A stretch of 64,000 bases of DNA from Rebecca billardiae RCC1528 (taxonomy: Eukaryota > Protista > Haptophyta). Below, piece by piece: positions 32,252 through 43,369 of the stretch. The notes under the pieces are model-generated. The model was not told the DNA's origin. It made no database searches and saw only the letters and a list, made by a program, of their open reading frames with translations. The stretch spans positions 3,782,001 to 3,846,000 of the forward strand of contig OZ251225.1 of assembly GCA_965240325.2 (NCBI GenBank), read 5' to 3'. The translations under genes and the position numbers were made by a program. How positions within the stretch are numbered: position 1 is the first letter of the stretch; each line of letters starts with the position of its first letter.

Positions 32252-34780
32252 TCAGTTCTTGAGGGCAAACGAGCGGATCGCGCGGTTGACGCTTTCCATG
32301 CCGGCCGAGTCCTTGTCGACGCACATGTTGAGCCCGGACGACTCGAACTCGGCTCGGTCGGGCGAGCCGGTCGGGTCGCCCGTCATGCCGATGATGGTGC
32401 CCTCGTACCCGCGCGAGCGCAGCTCGCGCACCGCGCGGATGCCATTCATGCGCGGCATCTGGTTGTCCATGATGATGAGCTGGAAGGGCGGCAGCCCCTC
32501 GGCCATGCGCTGCACGACCAGGTCGAGCGCGTGCTGCCCGTCCTTCGCCGTCTGCCACGGCGCCTCGAGCGCCTCGAACGTCACCTGCGGCAGCGTCATC
32601 TGCAGGAAGACGTCGTCCTGCGCCCAAGCAGCGCCAAGCAGCGCGCCAGCCGGCGCCACGCGCGCGCGCGGAGGGCGCGTGAGCGGGCGGCGTCGCAGAG
32701 CCAGCAGGCGCCGGGTGGGCATCGCGTGGCGCGCTCGCGCACCTCGACGTGGAGGCAGCAGAAATCGTCCGGGAAGACGAGGCGCCCCGGCGGCTGCGCC
32801 AGGCTGAAGGATGCGTCGAGGGAAGGCGTGCCGTCGTCGCGCGCGTGCTCGGAGCCGGCCTTGGAGTCTGCGCGAGACGCGCGCGGACTTGTGCACTGGC
32901 TGCCGGTCGCGCCGTGCTGCGTGTCCTGCGTAGTGGGCTTGAGGAAGAGCGCCATCTCGAACGTCGAGCCCGTGCCCTCGCCCATCGACGAGAGCACCAG
33001 CTTCGAGTCGTTGTGCAGCTTGAGGATGGAGTGCGTGATCGAGACGCCGAGGCCCGTCCCGCCTGCCGAGCGCGCGCGCACGACGCCGCGCGCGCGAGAA
33101 GGCGCGGCGAGGCACACCGTCAGGCGCGGCGAGCAGGCGCGCGCGGCGGCCGCGCGCGCGCGGGCGCGCACCTCGTCCCTGCAGCTGGCCGGCGCCGACC
33201 TGCGTGAAGCTCTCGCCCGCGTTGAGCTTGTCCACCTCCTCGGGCGTGAGGCCCATGCCGCCGTCGACCACAGCAATGTGCACGCTCTCGAGCCCCTCGT
33301 CCGCGCGCGGGTTGCGCTGGCTGAGCCACGCCTTGAGGTAGATCGAGCCGCCGGGGTCAGTGAACTTGATCGCGTTCGAGACGCCGTTGTTCAGGCACTG
33401 CTGCAGCCGCCACCGATCGCCGAGCCACGTGGCGTTGCGCAGCTCGTCGTCGATCGCCGCGGCGACGAGCGTGACGCCCTTCTCGCGCCCGAGCGCCTCA
33501 AAGGTGGTGTGCGCGTCAGAGAGGAGCTTGCCGACGGTGAAGGGCTGGAAGACGAGGACGAGGCGGCCGCTGTCGATGCGCTCAAAGTCGAGCATGTCGG
33601 ACACGATGTTCTCCATCAGCGCGGCGCACGCGCCGAGCGCGTCGAGCGCCTTGAGCACGCGCTCCTCGCCGAGCTTGACGTGCGCGCCCAGCCCGTGCAG
33701 CAGCTTGGTCACGTTGAGCACCGAGAGCAGCGGGCTGCGCATGTCGTGCATCACGACGCGGATGAGCCGGCTGCGCGCGCACTGCGCCTCCTCGGCGAGC
33801 GCCTCCTTCTCCTTCTCCTGCGTGCGCAGCACCTTGAGCCGCGAGGCGCGCGCGCGCTCGAACTGGCGGTGCGTGCGCTTGCGCTCGCGCTGCGCGAGGA
33901 GCACCGTGCGCCGGAACGCCCACTCGCCGCGCGCGACGGAGGCGAGGCGGCAGCGGCAGACGGTGGTCGAGAGCCCGAGCAGCACGAGGGAGCCGAAGTT
34001 GTACGGGCACGCGATCGCCGAGCCCGTGCCGTCCGACGCGCCCGACAGCTGGTCGAGCGCGCCGCCCAGCCCGACGCAGATGGTGAGCACGAGCACGTAG
34101 TAGGAGAGCGTCAGCGGCACGTACGCGCTCGTGAGCGAGAGGAAAGCGCCCAGCCGGAGCATGAGCGTGACGTGCGGCGAGCACGCGTCGTTCGGGATGA
34201 GCAGCTGGTGGTACCGCAGCAGCAGCGCCATCGCGGCCAGCACCGCCACGCTGGTCGCCTCCATGAGCCACATCGGCATGTTGCAGAAGTGCACGGTGCG
34301 GAAGACAAACGCCAGCTGCAGCACGAAGACGAGCACCAGCGTGTTGGCGCTCCAGCCGTGCCGCTCCACGCTCAGCTCGTCACCCAGCCCGTGCGCCACG
34401 AGCGAGACGTACGAGAGCGAGTTGAAAGCGGCGAACCACAGGAGGACGTGCGACATGCACTTGCCGAGGCTCGGGTAGAACACCTCCTTCCGATAGAGCG
34501 TCTCCACGTCCGGATCGGCGAACGCGCCGGTCCATAGGCGCTTCAGCTCGGGGAGGTCCTCGATCCCCACGTCGAAGTCGTGCGGCATGCTCGCGTCGCG
34601 CGGGTCGGGCACGCCGCGCGCGCTGGCGTATGTATCGCCATTCTCGTCCGCAGCGCCGCCCTCGTGCGAGGCGGACGGATCTTCCTCGGAGGAGCTCTTC
34701 GTCGCGGTGGTCAAGGTGGCCTCGTAGTCGTCCCTCAGCGCGTGCGCCACCAGCGTCGCCATGTCGTCCTTCGCCGGCAT
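32252..34780 (-). CDS. Membrane-bound hybrid sensor histidine kinase (TM - HisKA - HATPase - REC); 2 introns
   Basis: H-box MHDMRSPL; DMLDFERIDSG; N-box RLQQCLNNGVSNAIKFT; G1 VVDGGMGL; G2 GGTGLGVSI; receiver HVE|DD..IIMDNQMPRMNG..IIGMTG. Introns 33063-33171 and 32618-32742. Confidence 0.9.
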   Translation of the reverse strand: MPAKDDMATLVAHALRDDYEATLTTATKSSSEEDPSASHEGGAADENGDTYASARGVPDPRDASMPHDFDVGIEDLPELKRLWTGAFADPDVETLYRKEVFYPSLGKCMSHVLLWFAAFNSLSYVSLVAHGLGDELSVERHGWSANTLVLVFVLQLAFVFRTVHFCNMPMWLMEATSVAVLAAMALLLRYHQLLIPNDACSPHVTLMLRLGAFLSLTSAYVPLTLSYYVLVLTICVGLGGALDQLSGASDGTGSAIACPYNFGSLVLLGLSTTVCRCRLASVARGEWAFRRTVLLAQRERKRTHRQFERARASRLKVLRTQEKEKEALAEEAQCARSRLIRVVMHDMRSPLLSVLNVTKLLHGLGAHVKLGEERVLKALDALGACAALMENIVSDMLDFERIDSGRLVLVFQPFTVGKLLSDAHTTFEALGREKGVTLVAAAIDDELRNATWLGDRWRLQQCLNNGVSNAIKFTDPGGSIYLKAWLSQRNPRADEGLESVHIAVVDGGMGLTPEEVDKLNAGESFTQVGAGQLQGRGARPRARGRRARLLAAPDGVPRRAFSRARRRARALGRRDGPRRLDHALHPQAAQRLEAGALVDGRGHGLDVRDGALPQAHYAGHAARRDRQPVHKSARVSRRLQGRLRARARRRHAFPRRILQPGAAAGAPRLPGRFLLPPRRGARARHAMPTRRLLALRRRPLTRPPRARVAPAGALLGAAWAQDDVFLQMTLPQVTFEALEAPWQTAKDGQHALDLVVQRMAEGLPPFQLIIMDNQMPRMNGIRAVRELRSRGYEGTIIGMTGDPTGSPDRAEFESSGLNMCVDKDSAGMESVNRAIRSFALKN

Positions 34781-35328
34781 GATGCAAGCAAGCTTCTCAA
34801 GATATCAAGGCGGGCGGCGCCGACACCCGCGTGGTTGAGCCGACGACGGTGCTGATCGAAGCGTCAAGATTTGGGCAACCGCGTGTTCCGACTTCCGAGC
34901 CGCCCGAGCGACCCGAACTGGGTGTTCATGAGCCGTCATGAGTAGCGGTGTACAGGGGAGGGGTAGTACTCGTACAAGAGGTCCGGGGTGTCAAGGGTTC
35001 TATGATACAGAGATCGTGATCTCCTCCTTATCTGGAGTTCAGATCGTTATTTTGGCATAAGCGTGTTGGATAGACAGTATAACGTGTATCGTCGCATTTC
35101 ATCAATAATAGGACTACGAGAGAAGTAGAGAATTATGATTATTCTCATCATCGTCATGCCCCGGCCCATACCGCATCTTTTGTTTGTATTTATGATAGGA
35201 CTTGCTGCTGAGCAACCAGCGTGGAGTTTGACGAATCAAAACTTCGCTTGGAACCAGGAGAAGCCCGGCCGAAGTTCATTTTTCCTCACAAGCGCGCAAT
35301 ATAATAAAAAAAAAAACACGCCGAGCCG

Positions 35329-37128
35329 ATGCCGATGAAGTCGCTTCGCGTCATCTCCGTCCTCCCCAGCGCGACGGAGATGCTGTGCGCGATCGGCGGG
35401 CGCTCGCTCCTCGTGGGGCGCTCGCACGAAGACAACTACCCGCCCGATGTCGAGCCCGTGCCGGTCGTCACCGGGCAGAAGACGTCGTTCACGACGTGCG
35501 CGGACGTGAACACGCAGGTGACGGAGGCGCTCGGCGCCGGCCTCTCGCTCTACAGCCTCGACGAGGCGCGCATCCGCGAGCTGCGCCCGGACGTGATCCT
35601 GACGCAGGACATTTGCTCGGTCTGCGCCATCGACCTCGTCACCGTCGAGCGCCTCGCCGCGTCGATGGATCCGCGCCCGCGCATCGTGTCCCTCAACCCG
35701 CTCTCGCTCGGCGACGTGCTGGCCAACCTGAAGCAGGTGGGCGAGGCGGTCGGGCTGGAGGCGGAGGCGCGCGCGTACGTCGAGCGCCTCGAGGCGCGCA
35801 TCGGCGCCGCGCGCGCGGAGGCGGCCGCGGCGCTCACGCGCGGCGCGCAGGTGCCGCGCGTCGCGTTTGTCGAGTGGCCAGAGCCGCTGTACGTGGGCGG
35901 CCACTGGACGCCGCAGCTGCTGCGCCTCGCCGGCGCGGAGCACCCGCTCAACCCGTGCCCCGACGACGACGCGGGCGCGCCAAAGTCGTTCGCCGTGCCC
36001 GCCGAAGCGCTCGTGCGCTCCGCGCCGCACGCGATCATCGTCGCGCCGTGCGGCATCGGGCTCGAGGGCACGCGCCGAGAGCTGCGCAGGACACTGTGCG
36101 CGGTGCCGTGGTGGGAAGAGCTGCCCGCCGTCAGCGCGGGGCGGGTCGCCCTCGTCGACGGCGACGCGATGTTCAACCGGCCGGGCCCGCGCCTCGTCGA
36201 CGCGCTCGAGTGGCTCGTGAGCTACCTGCACGGCACGCCCCCGCGCACAGCCGAGGCGCGCGCGTTCCCGTGGGCGCCGCTCGGCGCCGCTGCCGACGCC
36301 GCGGGCGAGGCGCCGTCGTCAGCGGCCGCCTCACTCGTCGAGATCGGCGAGATCGAGGAGGCGCACGCGAGCGCCGTGCGCGCCGGGCAGCAGAGCTACG
36401 CCGACCCCGCGACGGGGTACAGCGTCTTCACCGAGCTGGCCAGCTTCGCGCGCGGCTACTGCTGCGGCTCCGGCTGCCGGCACTGCCCGTACGCGCACCT
36501 CAACGCGCCGGCCGAGCGGCAGCGCAACGCCCTCACGCGCTCGGTGCTCGTGCGCGTCACGCGGCCGCCGGCGCGCATGCGGCCGCTCTTGCAGGCGGGT
36601 GAGGGTGGCGAGCTCGAGCTGGTCGCCTTCGACGGCTCGGGCGAGGCCGTGGAGGCGGCGCGCGCCGTCGCGCGCGCGGCGCGCGCGCGCGGCGCCGCGC
36701 ACGCGCCGCTGCTCGCCGTGTTCGTCCGCGGAGCAGCAGGCGACGCCGCGGCCGCCGAGCGCTGCGCGATCGGCGAGCGCGGATCGCGCGTGCGCGCCGC
36801 GCTCGAGGCGGCGAAGGAGCTGGACATGGACGTGCTAGCTGTCGCCGTGCCGGAGAGCGCGCGCGCGACGCCGACGACGGACTCGGCCGAGGCGACGGCG
36901 GCGGCCACGCCAACCGAGCCTCGAGCGGCGCTCGGCGCACTGCGCGACGCCGTGGAGGGATGCGTCGTCCGCGGCGGCGTGCCGATCACGCTCTGGCTCG
37001 CAGGGGCAGCACAGGCGCAGCTGCGTCACGGCGGCGGGGGTTCTGAGAGCGAGGGCGCAGAGGCAGACGCTGCCCCGAAGGCCGGCGGCACCATCCGCCT
37101 GGTGGCCGCCAGCAGTCTCGTCGGATGA
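35329..37128 (+). CDS. BtuF-like (Fe/B12 periplasmic-binding fold) protein fused to DUF5522-type Cys motif and a degenerate alpha/beta tail
   Basis: RVISVLPSATEMLCAIG..LVGRSHEDNYP, LRPDVILTQDICSVCA, EWPEPLYVGGHWTP, FNRPGPRLVDALE; then YADPATGYSVFTE..RGYCCGSGCRHCPY. Confidence 0.8.
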   Translation: MPMKSLRVISVLPSATEMLCAIGGRSLLVGRSHEDNYPPDVEPVPVVTGQKTSFTTCADVNTQVTEALGAGLSLYSLDEARIRELRPDVILTQDICSVCAIDLVTVERLAASMDPRPRIVSLNPLSLGDVLANLKQVGEAVGLEAEARAYVERLEARIGAARAEAAAALTRGAQVPRVAFVEWPEPLYVGGHWTPQLLRLAGAEHPLNPCPDDDAGAPKSFAVPAEALVRSAPHAIIVAPCGIGLEGTRRELRRTLCAVPWWEELPAVSAGRVALVDGDAMFNRPGPRLVDALEWLVSYLHGTPPRTAEARAFPWAPLGAAADAAGEAPSSAAASLVEIGEIEEAHASAVRAGQQSYADPATGYSVFTELASFARGYCCGSGCRHCPYAHLNAPAERQRNALTRSVLVRVTRPPARMRPLLQAGEGGELELVAFDGSGEAVEAARAVARAARARGAAHAPLLAVFVRGAAGDAAAAERCAIGERGSRVRAALEAAKELDMDVLAVAVPESARATPTTDSAEATAAATPTEPRAALGALRDAVEGCVVRGGVPITLWLAGAAQAQLRHGGGGSESEGAEADAAPKAGGTIRLVAASSLVG

Positions 37129-37273
37129 GTCGGTCCATCCTTCCACGCAGGCTCCCGAATCGATATGATTGCTCAGCCTTCATATCAATCATCATATTCC
37201 GGACGAAATCGAGACTTCGAGCAGCTTGTTTTTTCAGCGCGGCTGCTGACGTCAGTGGGCATCGCGGCGCAGG

Positions 37274-39058
37274 ATGCGGACGTCACCCGTCCGCGCCGCG
37301 CTCGTCGCGCTGTGCGTAGCTCCAGCTTCGAGCCTGCAATCGATGCAGCTGCGCGGGGTCGTCAATGGCCTGAGTAGCGCTGCGCTCTCGTTGTCATTGC
37401 TGCTGGGTCAGCCGCAGCCGCTCGCCACGCCGCCTGCACAGCCGCCGCTGATCGCAGCCGCTGTGGACGCGCTCGGGCAAGCGCGCGCTGCTGCCACAGC
37501 TCCGGTGGGCGCGGCCCTGGACGGAGGTGCTAGCGGCACGCTCGTACGCGCGCTCCCCTTTGAGCTGGACCCGTGGCCGCCCGCCGCGCCGCAGGAGGAG
37601 CCGCAGCTCGTGGCGATCGCCGCCGAGGCGCTCGAGCAGATGCGCGCCGCCAGCACGGCTGCGGCGGGCGCGGCCGTTGACGGAGGCGCCAGCGCCACGG
37701 CTGCATCATCGACGTCCTCCGTCGCGCCGAGCGCGCCCTCATCCGCGAGATCCGCGCCGTCCGCCTCCCCGTCGCCCGCCTCGCCACCCGCCGCTGCCGG
37801 GCCGAGCACAAGCCCCACCGCTTCCAAGAAGCCGGTCGAGGCGATCCGCGCGCGCCGCTCCCTGTACGGCGGGCTGGTCGAGGTGGTAGTCGACCCCGAG
37901 GACGGCTCGGAGTACGCCAAGGTGTCGGAGGAGGTCCTCGAGCGCTCGCCCCCGGCCGTGCGCGAGCGCCTCCTGCAGATGCGCCAGCGCGTGCGCGCGA
38001 TCTCCGACGTGGAGCTGTTCGCGGCGGGCACGCTCGCGGGCGGCATCGCCGAGGTGGCCAAGGTCGTGCTGCTGCACCCGCTCGACACGCTCAAGACGCG
38101 GATGCTGTGGGAGAGCGGCCGGCGGCGCGCGCGGCTCGAGCCGGAGAGCATGGAGGCCGAGCTCGACACCATGCGCCAGCTCGTGAGCACGCACCCGTGG
38201 GACGGGCTGGGCGCGGCCATGCTGACCGCGGTGCCGCAGGGCGCCGCCTTCTACGGCGTGTTCGAGGTGGTGCGCGCAAAACTAGGGCACTCGGTGGCGG
38301 ACGTGCACGCGCCACAGGCGTCGCTGCCGATCACGCTGCTCGCCGTCGCCGCCGCGCAGACCGCGTACTGGGCGGTGCGCTCCGAGTCCGAGTCGCTCAA
38401 GCTGCTGCGGCAGGCGCGCGACGTGATCGCGATCGAGGAGCGCTCATCGCCCGCGTGGCTGCGCCGGCTGCAGCGGCTCGCGGGCGTGCGTCGCCGCACG
38501 CCGTCCGAGCGGGCGGCCGAGGCGCTCCGGCTGCGCACGCTCCCGATCGCGCTGATCTCGGACGTGCCCGTCGTGGTCGCGCGCGTGTGCCTGTACCGCG
38601 TGTGGCGCGAGGCGCAGCCCGAGCTCGCCAGCACGGGCGGGCTCTCCCTCGCGCCAGACATCCTCGCCAGCGTCGCGTTTGCCAGCCTGATCGCGCTCGT
38701 CGCGGCGCCGCTCGAGGCGGCGCGCACGCGCACGATGCAGCGGCTGCTGGAGGAGGCGTGCCTCCCGGCGGCGGACGAGGCCGGGGCGGCGCCCGACGAC
38801 CCGCTGCCGGAGGGCGTGTCGGAGCAGCTGTGCTCCACGCGCTCCGCCCTCGACACGTTCGGTGACGTGCTCAAAGAGAGCTTCGTGCAGCAGCGCGGGG
38901 CCGGGCTCTTCCGCGACGCGCTCTCCAGCGCGTTCTGGATCGGCATCGGCTGGGGGCTGACCGTGCCCGTGCGGCTGGTCGAGTACGGCCTCATCCGCGA
39001 CGAGATCATCCTCGAGCTCTTCGACAACGCGCCGTTTGGCAGCTCGCACCTGCGCTGA
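37274..39058 (+). CDS. Divergent mitochondrial-carrier (SLC25)-family protein with long N-terminal presequence
   Basis: AGTLAGGIA..LHPLDTLKTRM (PxDxxKxR signature), GLGAAMLTAVPQGAAFYGVFE, APLEAARTR, GLFR; signal-like MRTSPVRAALVALCVAPASS. Confidence 0.7.
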   Translation: MRTSPVRAALVALCVAPASSLQSMQLRGVVNGLSSAALSLSLLLGQPQPLATPPAQPPLIAAAVDALGQARAAATAPVGAALDGGASGTLVRALPFELDPWPPAAPQEEPQLVAIAAEALEQMRAASTAAAGAAVDGGASATAASSTSSVAPSAPSSARSAPSASPSPASPPAAAGPSTSPTASKKPVEAIRARRSLYGGLVEVVVDPEDGSEYAKVSEEVLERSPPAVRERLLQMRQRVRAISDVELFAAGTLAGGIAEVAKVVLLHPLDTLKTRMLWESGRRRARLEPESMEAELDTMRQLVSTHPWDGLGAAMLTAVPQGAAFYGVFEVVRAKLGHSVADVHAPQASLPITLLAVAAAQTAYWAVRSESESLKLLRQARDVIAIEERSSPAWLRRLQRLAGVRRRTPSERAAEALRLRTLPIALISDVPVVVARVCLYRVWREAQPELASTGGLSLAPDILASVAFASLIALVAAPLEAARTRTMQRLLEEACLPAADEAGAAPDDPLPEGVSEQLCSTRSALDTFGDVLKESFVQQRGAGLFRDALSSAFWIGIGWGLTVPVRLVEYGLIRDEIILELFDNAPFGSSHLR

Positions 39059-39169
39059 CGGCCGCGAGCGCACTCGCGGCGGAGCGTCACGCCGCGCGCG
39101 CGCGGCCGGAGCTCATGACGCGCACAGCATGCTGCTGGCGAGACGCGGCATGAGGGCGGACGGCAACGC

Positions 39170-39600
39170 ACATCGTCGCCACCACCACCATCATCTCAGC
39201 GCAACGGCGGCTTCTTCGTCGATCATCATCTGCATCATCATCATCACCATCAGTCGTCGCAGCAGAATCGCGCGCGTTATTCGTCATGCATATATAATAT
39301 ATATATCTAATATCGTCACGACTTTGGTATATATATATATACGACTGAGACTATATACATCATATATATATAACGACGATTGCGGATGATGATGCATAGC
39401 GAATAAGTAGTCGCGCGCGTATTATATTGGGCGGCGGCGCATTCGTCGTCATCGTGCTGATTCGGCGCGCAGCCGGCGCGGTCTGCTGCCAGGCAGAGTT
39501 GAGCAGAGTGCCGCGAAGTGCTCGGCGTCATCATGCAGATCATCATCTGCCTCTTATGCTGCTACTATACTATATCGTCATTGCGCCTGATGTACTAATT
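39170..39600. repeat. Low-complexity spacer ((ATC)n, (TA)n) between convergent genes
   Basis: catcatcatcacc and tatatatatata tracts; locally AT-rich. Confidence 0.7.
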
Positions 39601-39785
39601 AACGAGCTCGTCACTCGTCATCCGATCTGACCAGTCGTACTACGGCTACGATCGACATACGTACGCCGTATTGCATGCTGACGGATGGCGCCGTGCCATA
39701 TATGCCGTTCGCGTCATCGGCGGACTTACAGACTCAGAGCGCGGCCGGTGGCAGAGCCGCAGAGACGACACGTTGACTCTGGCTT

Positions 39786-42700
39786 TCAGTATCTCGGCGC
39801 GGGCGTGATCTCCGCTGGCGTGGACGTGGACGGGCTCGGCTCGCCCGAGTGCGGCCACGGCGCGGCAGCTGCGCCGGCATCCGACCCGACCGGCGAGGCC
39901 GGGCCGGGCACCGCGCCGCTTGCCAGCTGGTACTCTGCGCGCACAGGCGCGTCGACGGGCGCGAGCGTCTCCGCGCGGCCGGATGGCGGCGCGCTGTCAT
40001 CCGCCGCGCTCGCGCCGTCCGCCACGCCGTCAGCGTCGAGCGCTGGCGCGGGCGCTGGGCGCGGGGCGCGGGCCCGAGGCCGGCGCTCGTCTGCGTCACC
40101 ACTGCGCACGTCGCCCACGCTGGGCGAGTCGCCCGCGCCCGCGGCTGCGCACGCCGCGCCCACGCCGACGGCTTGCGCGTCCGCGCGCTCGGCGGCGGGC
40201 ACAGCGTCCGCTGCGGGCAGCTCGGCGGGTGCGCCGGAGGCGGGGGGCGCCTTGCGCGGCGAGCGGCGCTTGGGCGAGCGGCGCGCGGTGCCGTCGGCGC
40301 GCGCGCCCTTCTTCGGCCGGCGCCGCGCGTGGCCGTTGGACTGCGCGCGCCCGCCCGCGCCCTCGGCGCGCGGCTGGCGCGCGCCCTCTGCGCCCGGCGT
40401 CCGCGGGTTTGGCGCGACGCGCATGGGCGTCGTCTGCGCGACCGAGGGCGCGCCGCGGTTGCCCCAGCGGCCGCCCTCGGCGGAGGAGCGCAGCGGCGGC
40501 GCGTTCGCCGAGCGGTGGCCGCGCACCCTGCCCCGCGCCTCCGCGCCGCGCGCCCGCTGCTGCTCCTCCAGCCCGGGGGGCGGCAGCGCGTTGGCGATCG
40601 AGCCCTGCTGCCACTCGAACGCGTTGGCGCGCCCCCACGACACGTACACGATGGCGCCCACCAGCACCATCCACAGCACGAGCGTGATGAAGCGCAGCGA
40701 GACGAGGCCGAGGACGCGCGAGTCGAGCATCTCGTCGCGGTGCCCGTAGATCCCGAGCACCACCGTCACGATCCCCGCGAGGTTGACCAGCGACAGCTCG
40801 ACGTACGTGAGCGCAAAGATGGCGCGGAACACTACCAGCACCTTGCACGCAAACGGCTCGGCCATCGGCTGGTACCGGAACGTGAACGAGATGAGGATGA
40901 AGGCGGTGGCGAGCCACAGCACGATCGAGATGATGCGCAGGTGGTTGATCGGCTTGTCGTCGTCCACCGAGATCACCAGGTCCGCCATCCAGTTCACCAG
41001 GATCGACAGCCGGCCGGTGAGCCCAAACTTCCAGCCGTGCGTCGGGTGGCGCGTCCAGTGGCCAGCGCGCTTCACGACCGTCGAGCCCCAGTACGTCATC
41101 AGCTGGCGCAGCTTCTTGGAGGAGGTGGGCAGCGCGTCCTCCACCTCGGAGAGGTAGGTGACGTCGTTGTACGACGCGGACATCCGGCTGGCGACGACGA
41201 TGTACATCGGGAACACCACCGCGCTCGTGAAGAGGAAGATGCGGTGCTGCCCCTCGAAGCACACGATCTGCGGGTTCATCTCCCACCGGCCGCCCGCGCA
41301 CGAGATCACGCGCAGCAGGTAGCGCGAGATCATGAAGAAGCCCGCGCCGCCGAGGATGATGATGAAGTAGACAAGGAAGCGCTCGACGTAGTACAGCGCC
41401 TGCCCGCCCTTCGTCTTGTACTCCACCTTCGTCGCGCCCTTGTTCCGGAAGTCGGTGACGAACGAGGTGGGCACGGTGCGCAGCGCGTACACGCACCGCT
41501 CGTGCGCGCGGCTCACAAATAGCGCGATGGAGAGGACGGCGAAGAAGACCATCACCCAGTACACGACGTTGTACAGCAGGAACGAGTCGACGCTGCCGCC
41601 GATCAGGTTGTCGATCCCGAACATGAACGCGTCCGCCGCCACGCGCAGCTCGCGCAGCCCGGACGCGTCCCACGTCTGGTGCGACAGCGCGTAGAAGACG
41701 GCGGAGAAGGTCACCATCGGGCCGTCGAGCGTCGCGGTGAGCACGCTCGAGATCGGGATGTGCGTGAACTTGACGGCGGAGGAGCGCGGCATCGTCTTGG
41801 CGAGCACCTCGCTCTGCGGCGCCGGGCGCGGCGACGAGCCGCTCCCCTCTGCCGGCAGCCGCTGCAGCGCGCCGGCCGACCTCGCGCCGCGCGCGGACGC
41901 GCCGAGGAAAGAGCCGCTCTGGTGCGGCCGCGCGCCGCTGCCGTGCGCGCTCAGCTCGAGCGCGGGCAGCCCGAGCGGCTCGGGCTCGACGCCGCGCTCG
42001 ATCACGAGCGAGGTCTCCCACATCATCACCTGCGCGCGCGCGCGCGGCGCGGGGGGCGGGCGCGCGGCCGAGTTGGCGGGCGGTGAGCCACGCGCGTCGC
42101 GGCGATGAGCGTCGCGCGCGCGGCCACAGCGCGGCCGGCGCGTGCGCTCGATCGAGCGGCCGGAAGCGCACCAGCGTGTCATAGTGGCCGGAGAAGATGC
42201 GCGCGCGGTACTCGTACCCCTCCGCGCTGCGGTTGACGAGCAAGTCGTCCTGCGGCGGCCGGGCGCGGCGCGGCGCGGCGCGCGTGAGCGTGCGCGCAAC
42301 GCGCGGCACAGCCGCGCCCGCCCACGAGCGCGCGCGCGCGCGCTCGGTCGGTCGAGCGCGGTGCGGCGCGCGCGCGGTGCGCCGTGCGGCTGCGCCGCAC
42401 CTTTGAGAGCGTGATGAAGGTGACGGCGGTGCGGCACTCGATCTTGACGAGCACGCACGCGCGCGCGATCGACCACTGCATGATGAAGCCGTCGTTGCTC
42501 CCGGAGAAGACGAAGGTGGGCCGCTCGCCGCGCGGCAGCGTGACACACGACAGCTTGTTGGTGTGCCCCAGGTACACCTGCTCCTGCGCGCCCGAGTGCG
42601 CGTTCCACCGCCGCAGCGTGCGGTCGTTGCCCGCCGAGAAGAGCTCGGCGCCGGACTCGGAGAGCGCGATCGCGCGGATCCACTCGTTGCGCAGCTCGTC

Positions 42701-43334
42701 CTGCACCTTGAGCTCGGGCAGCCGCTCCGGCCGGATCACCAGGTCCGGCTGGATCACGGCCGCGTCGCGCGAGACGGAGGTTGAGGTCGGGAAGACACGC
42801 CACTTGCAGACGGTGCCGTCGTTGGAGCACGAGAAGAACCAGCGGCCGTCCGACGAGGCGACCATCGAGCGCACCCACTTGGAGTGGCCGCGGTAGCGCG
42901 CGACGATGATGGAGAACTTGAGGTTCCACTGGAAGATCTCGTTCCCGTCCACGTCGGGCTCGGTCTGCTCGAGCCCGCCCGCGGAGAGCAGCCCCTGGTC
43001 GCGGTCGACGAGCAGCAGCGCGGACACCTGCGCGGGGTGCTGGTGGTGCTCGTCGCGCAGCAGCAGCATCGGCGCGTCCTTGTCGTCGCCCACGTTCCAC
43101 ACCTGCACCGCGCCCGTGTCCAGCCCGTAGTAGAACGTCTTCGTGTCCGCGAGCGGGTGCGACGGCGACTTGGCCATGCTCGCGATCGGCGTGCGCCCGA
43201 CGGGCTTGGGCTTGCTCGGCTTGGCCGGGCGGCGCCACAGCGACGAGCCCAGTCCCGCGGCGGCGGGCGCGGTCGCGGCCGAGCCGGCGCGCTGCTGCGC
43301 CGCGCCGCCGCCCGCCGCGCCGCCGCCGCCCGCC

Positions 43335-43369
<35 letters not shown>

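Noticed and set aside
35239-35277. Short inverted repeat (aacttcg..cgaagtt) upstream of the BtuF-like gene as a cobalamin riboswitch
   Set aside because: Only a 7-bp stem and no recognisable B12-box or core motifs.
21862-37128. CobC-like phosphatase plus BtuF-like gene as a B12 cluster
   Set aside because: 13 kb apart with unrelated genes between; the phosphatase substrate cannot be assigned from motifs.
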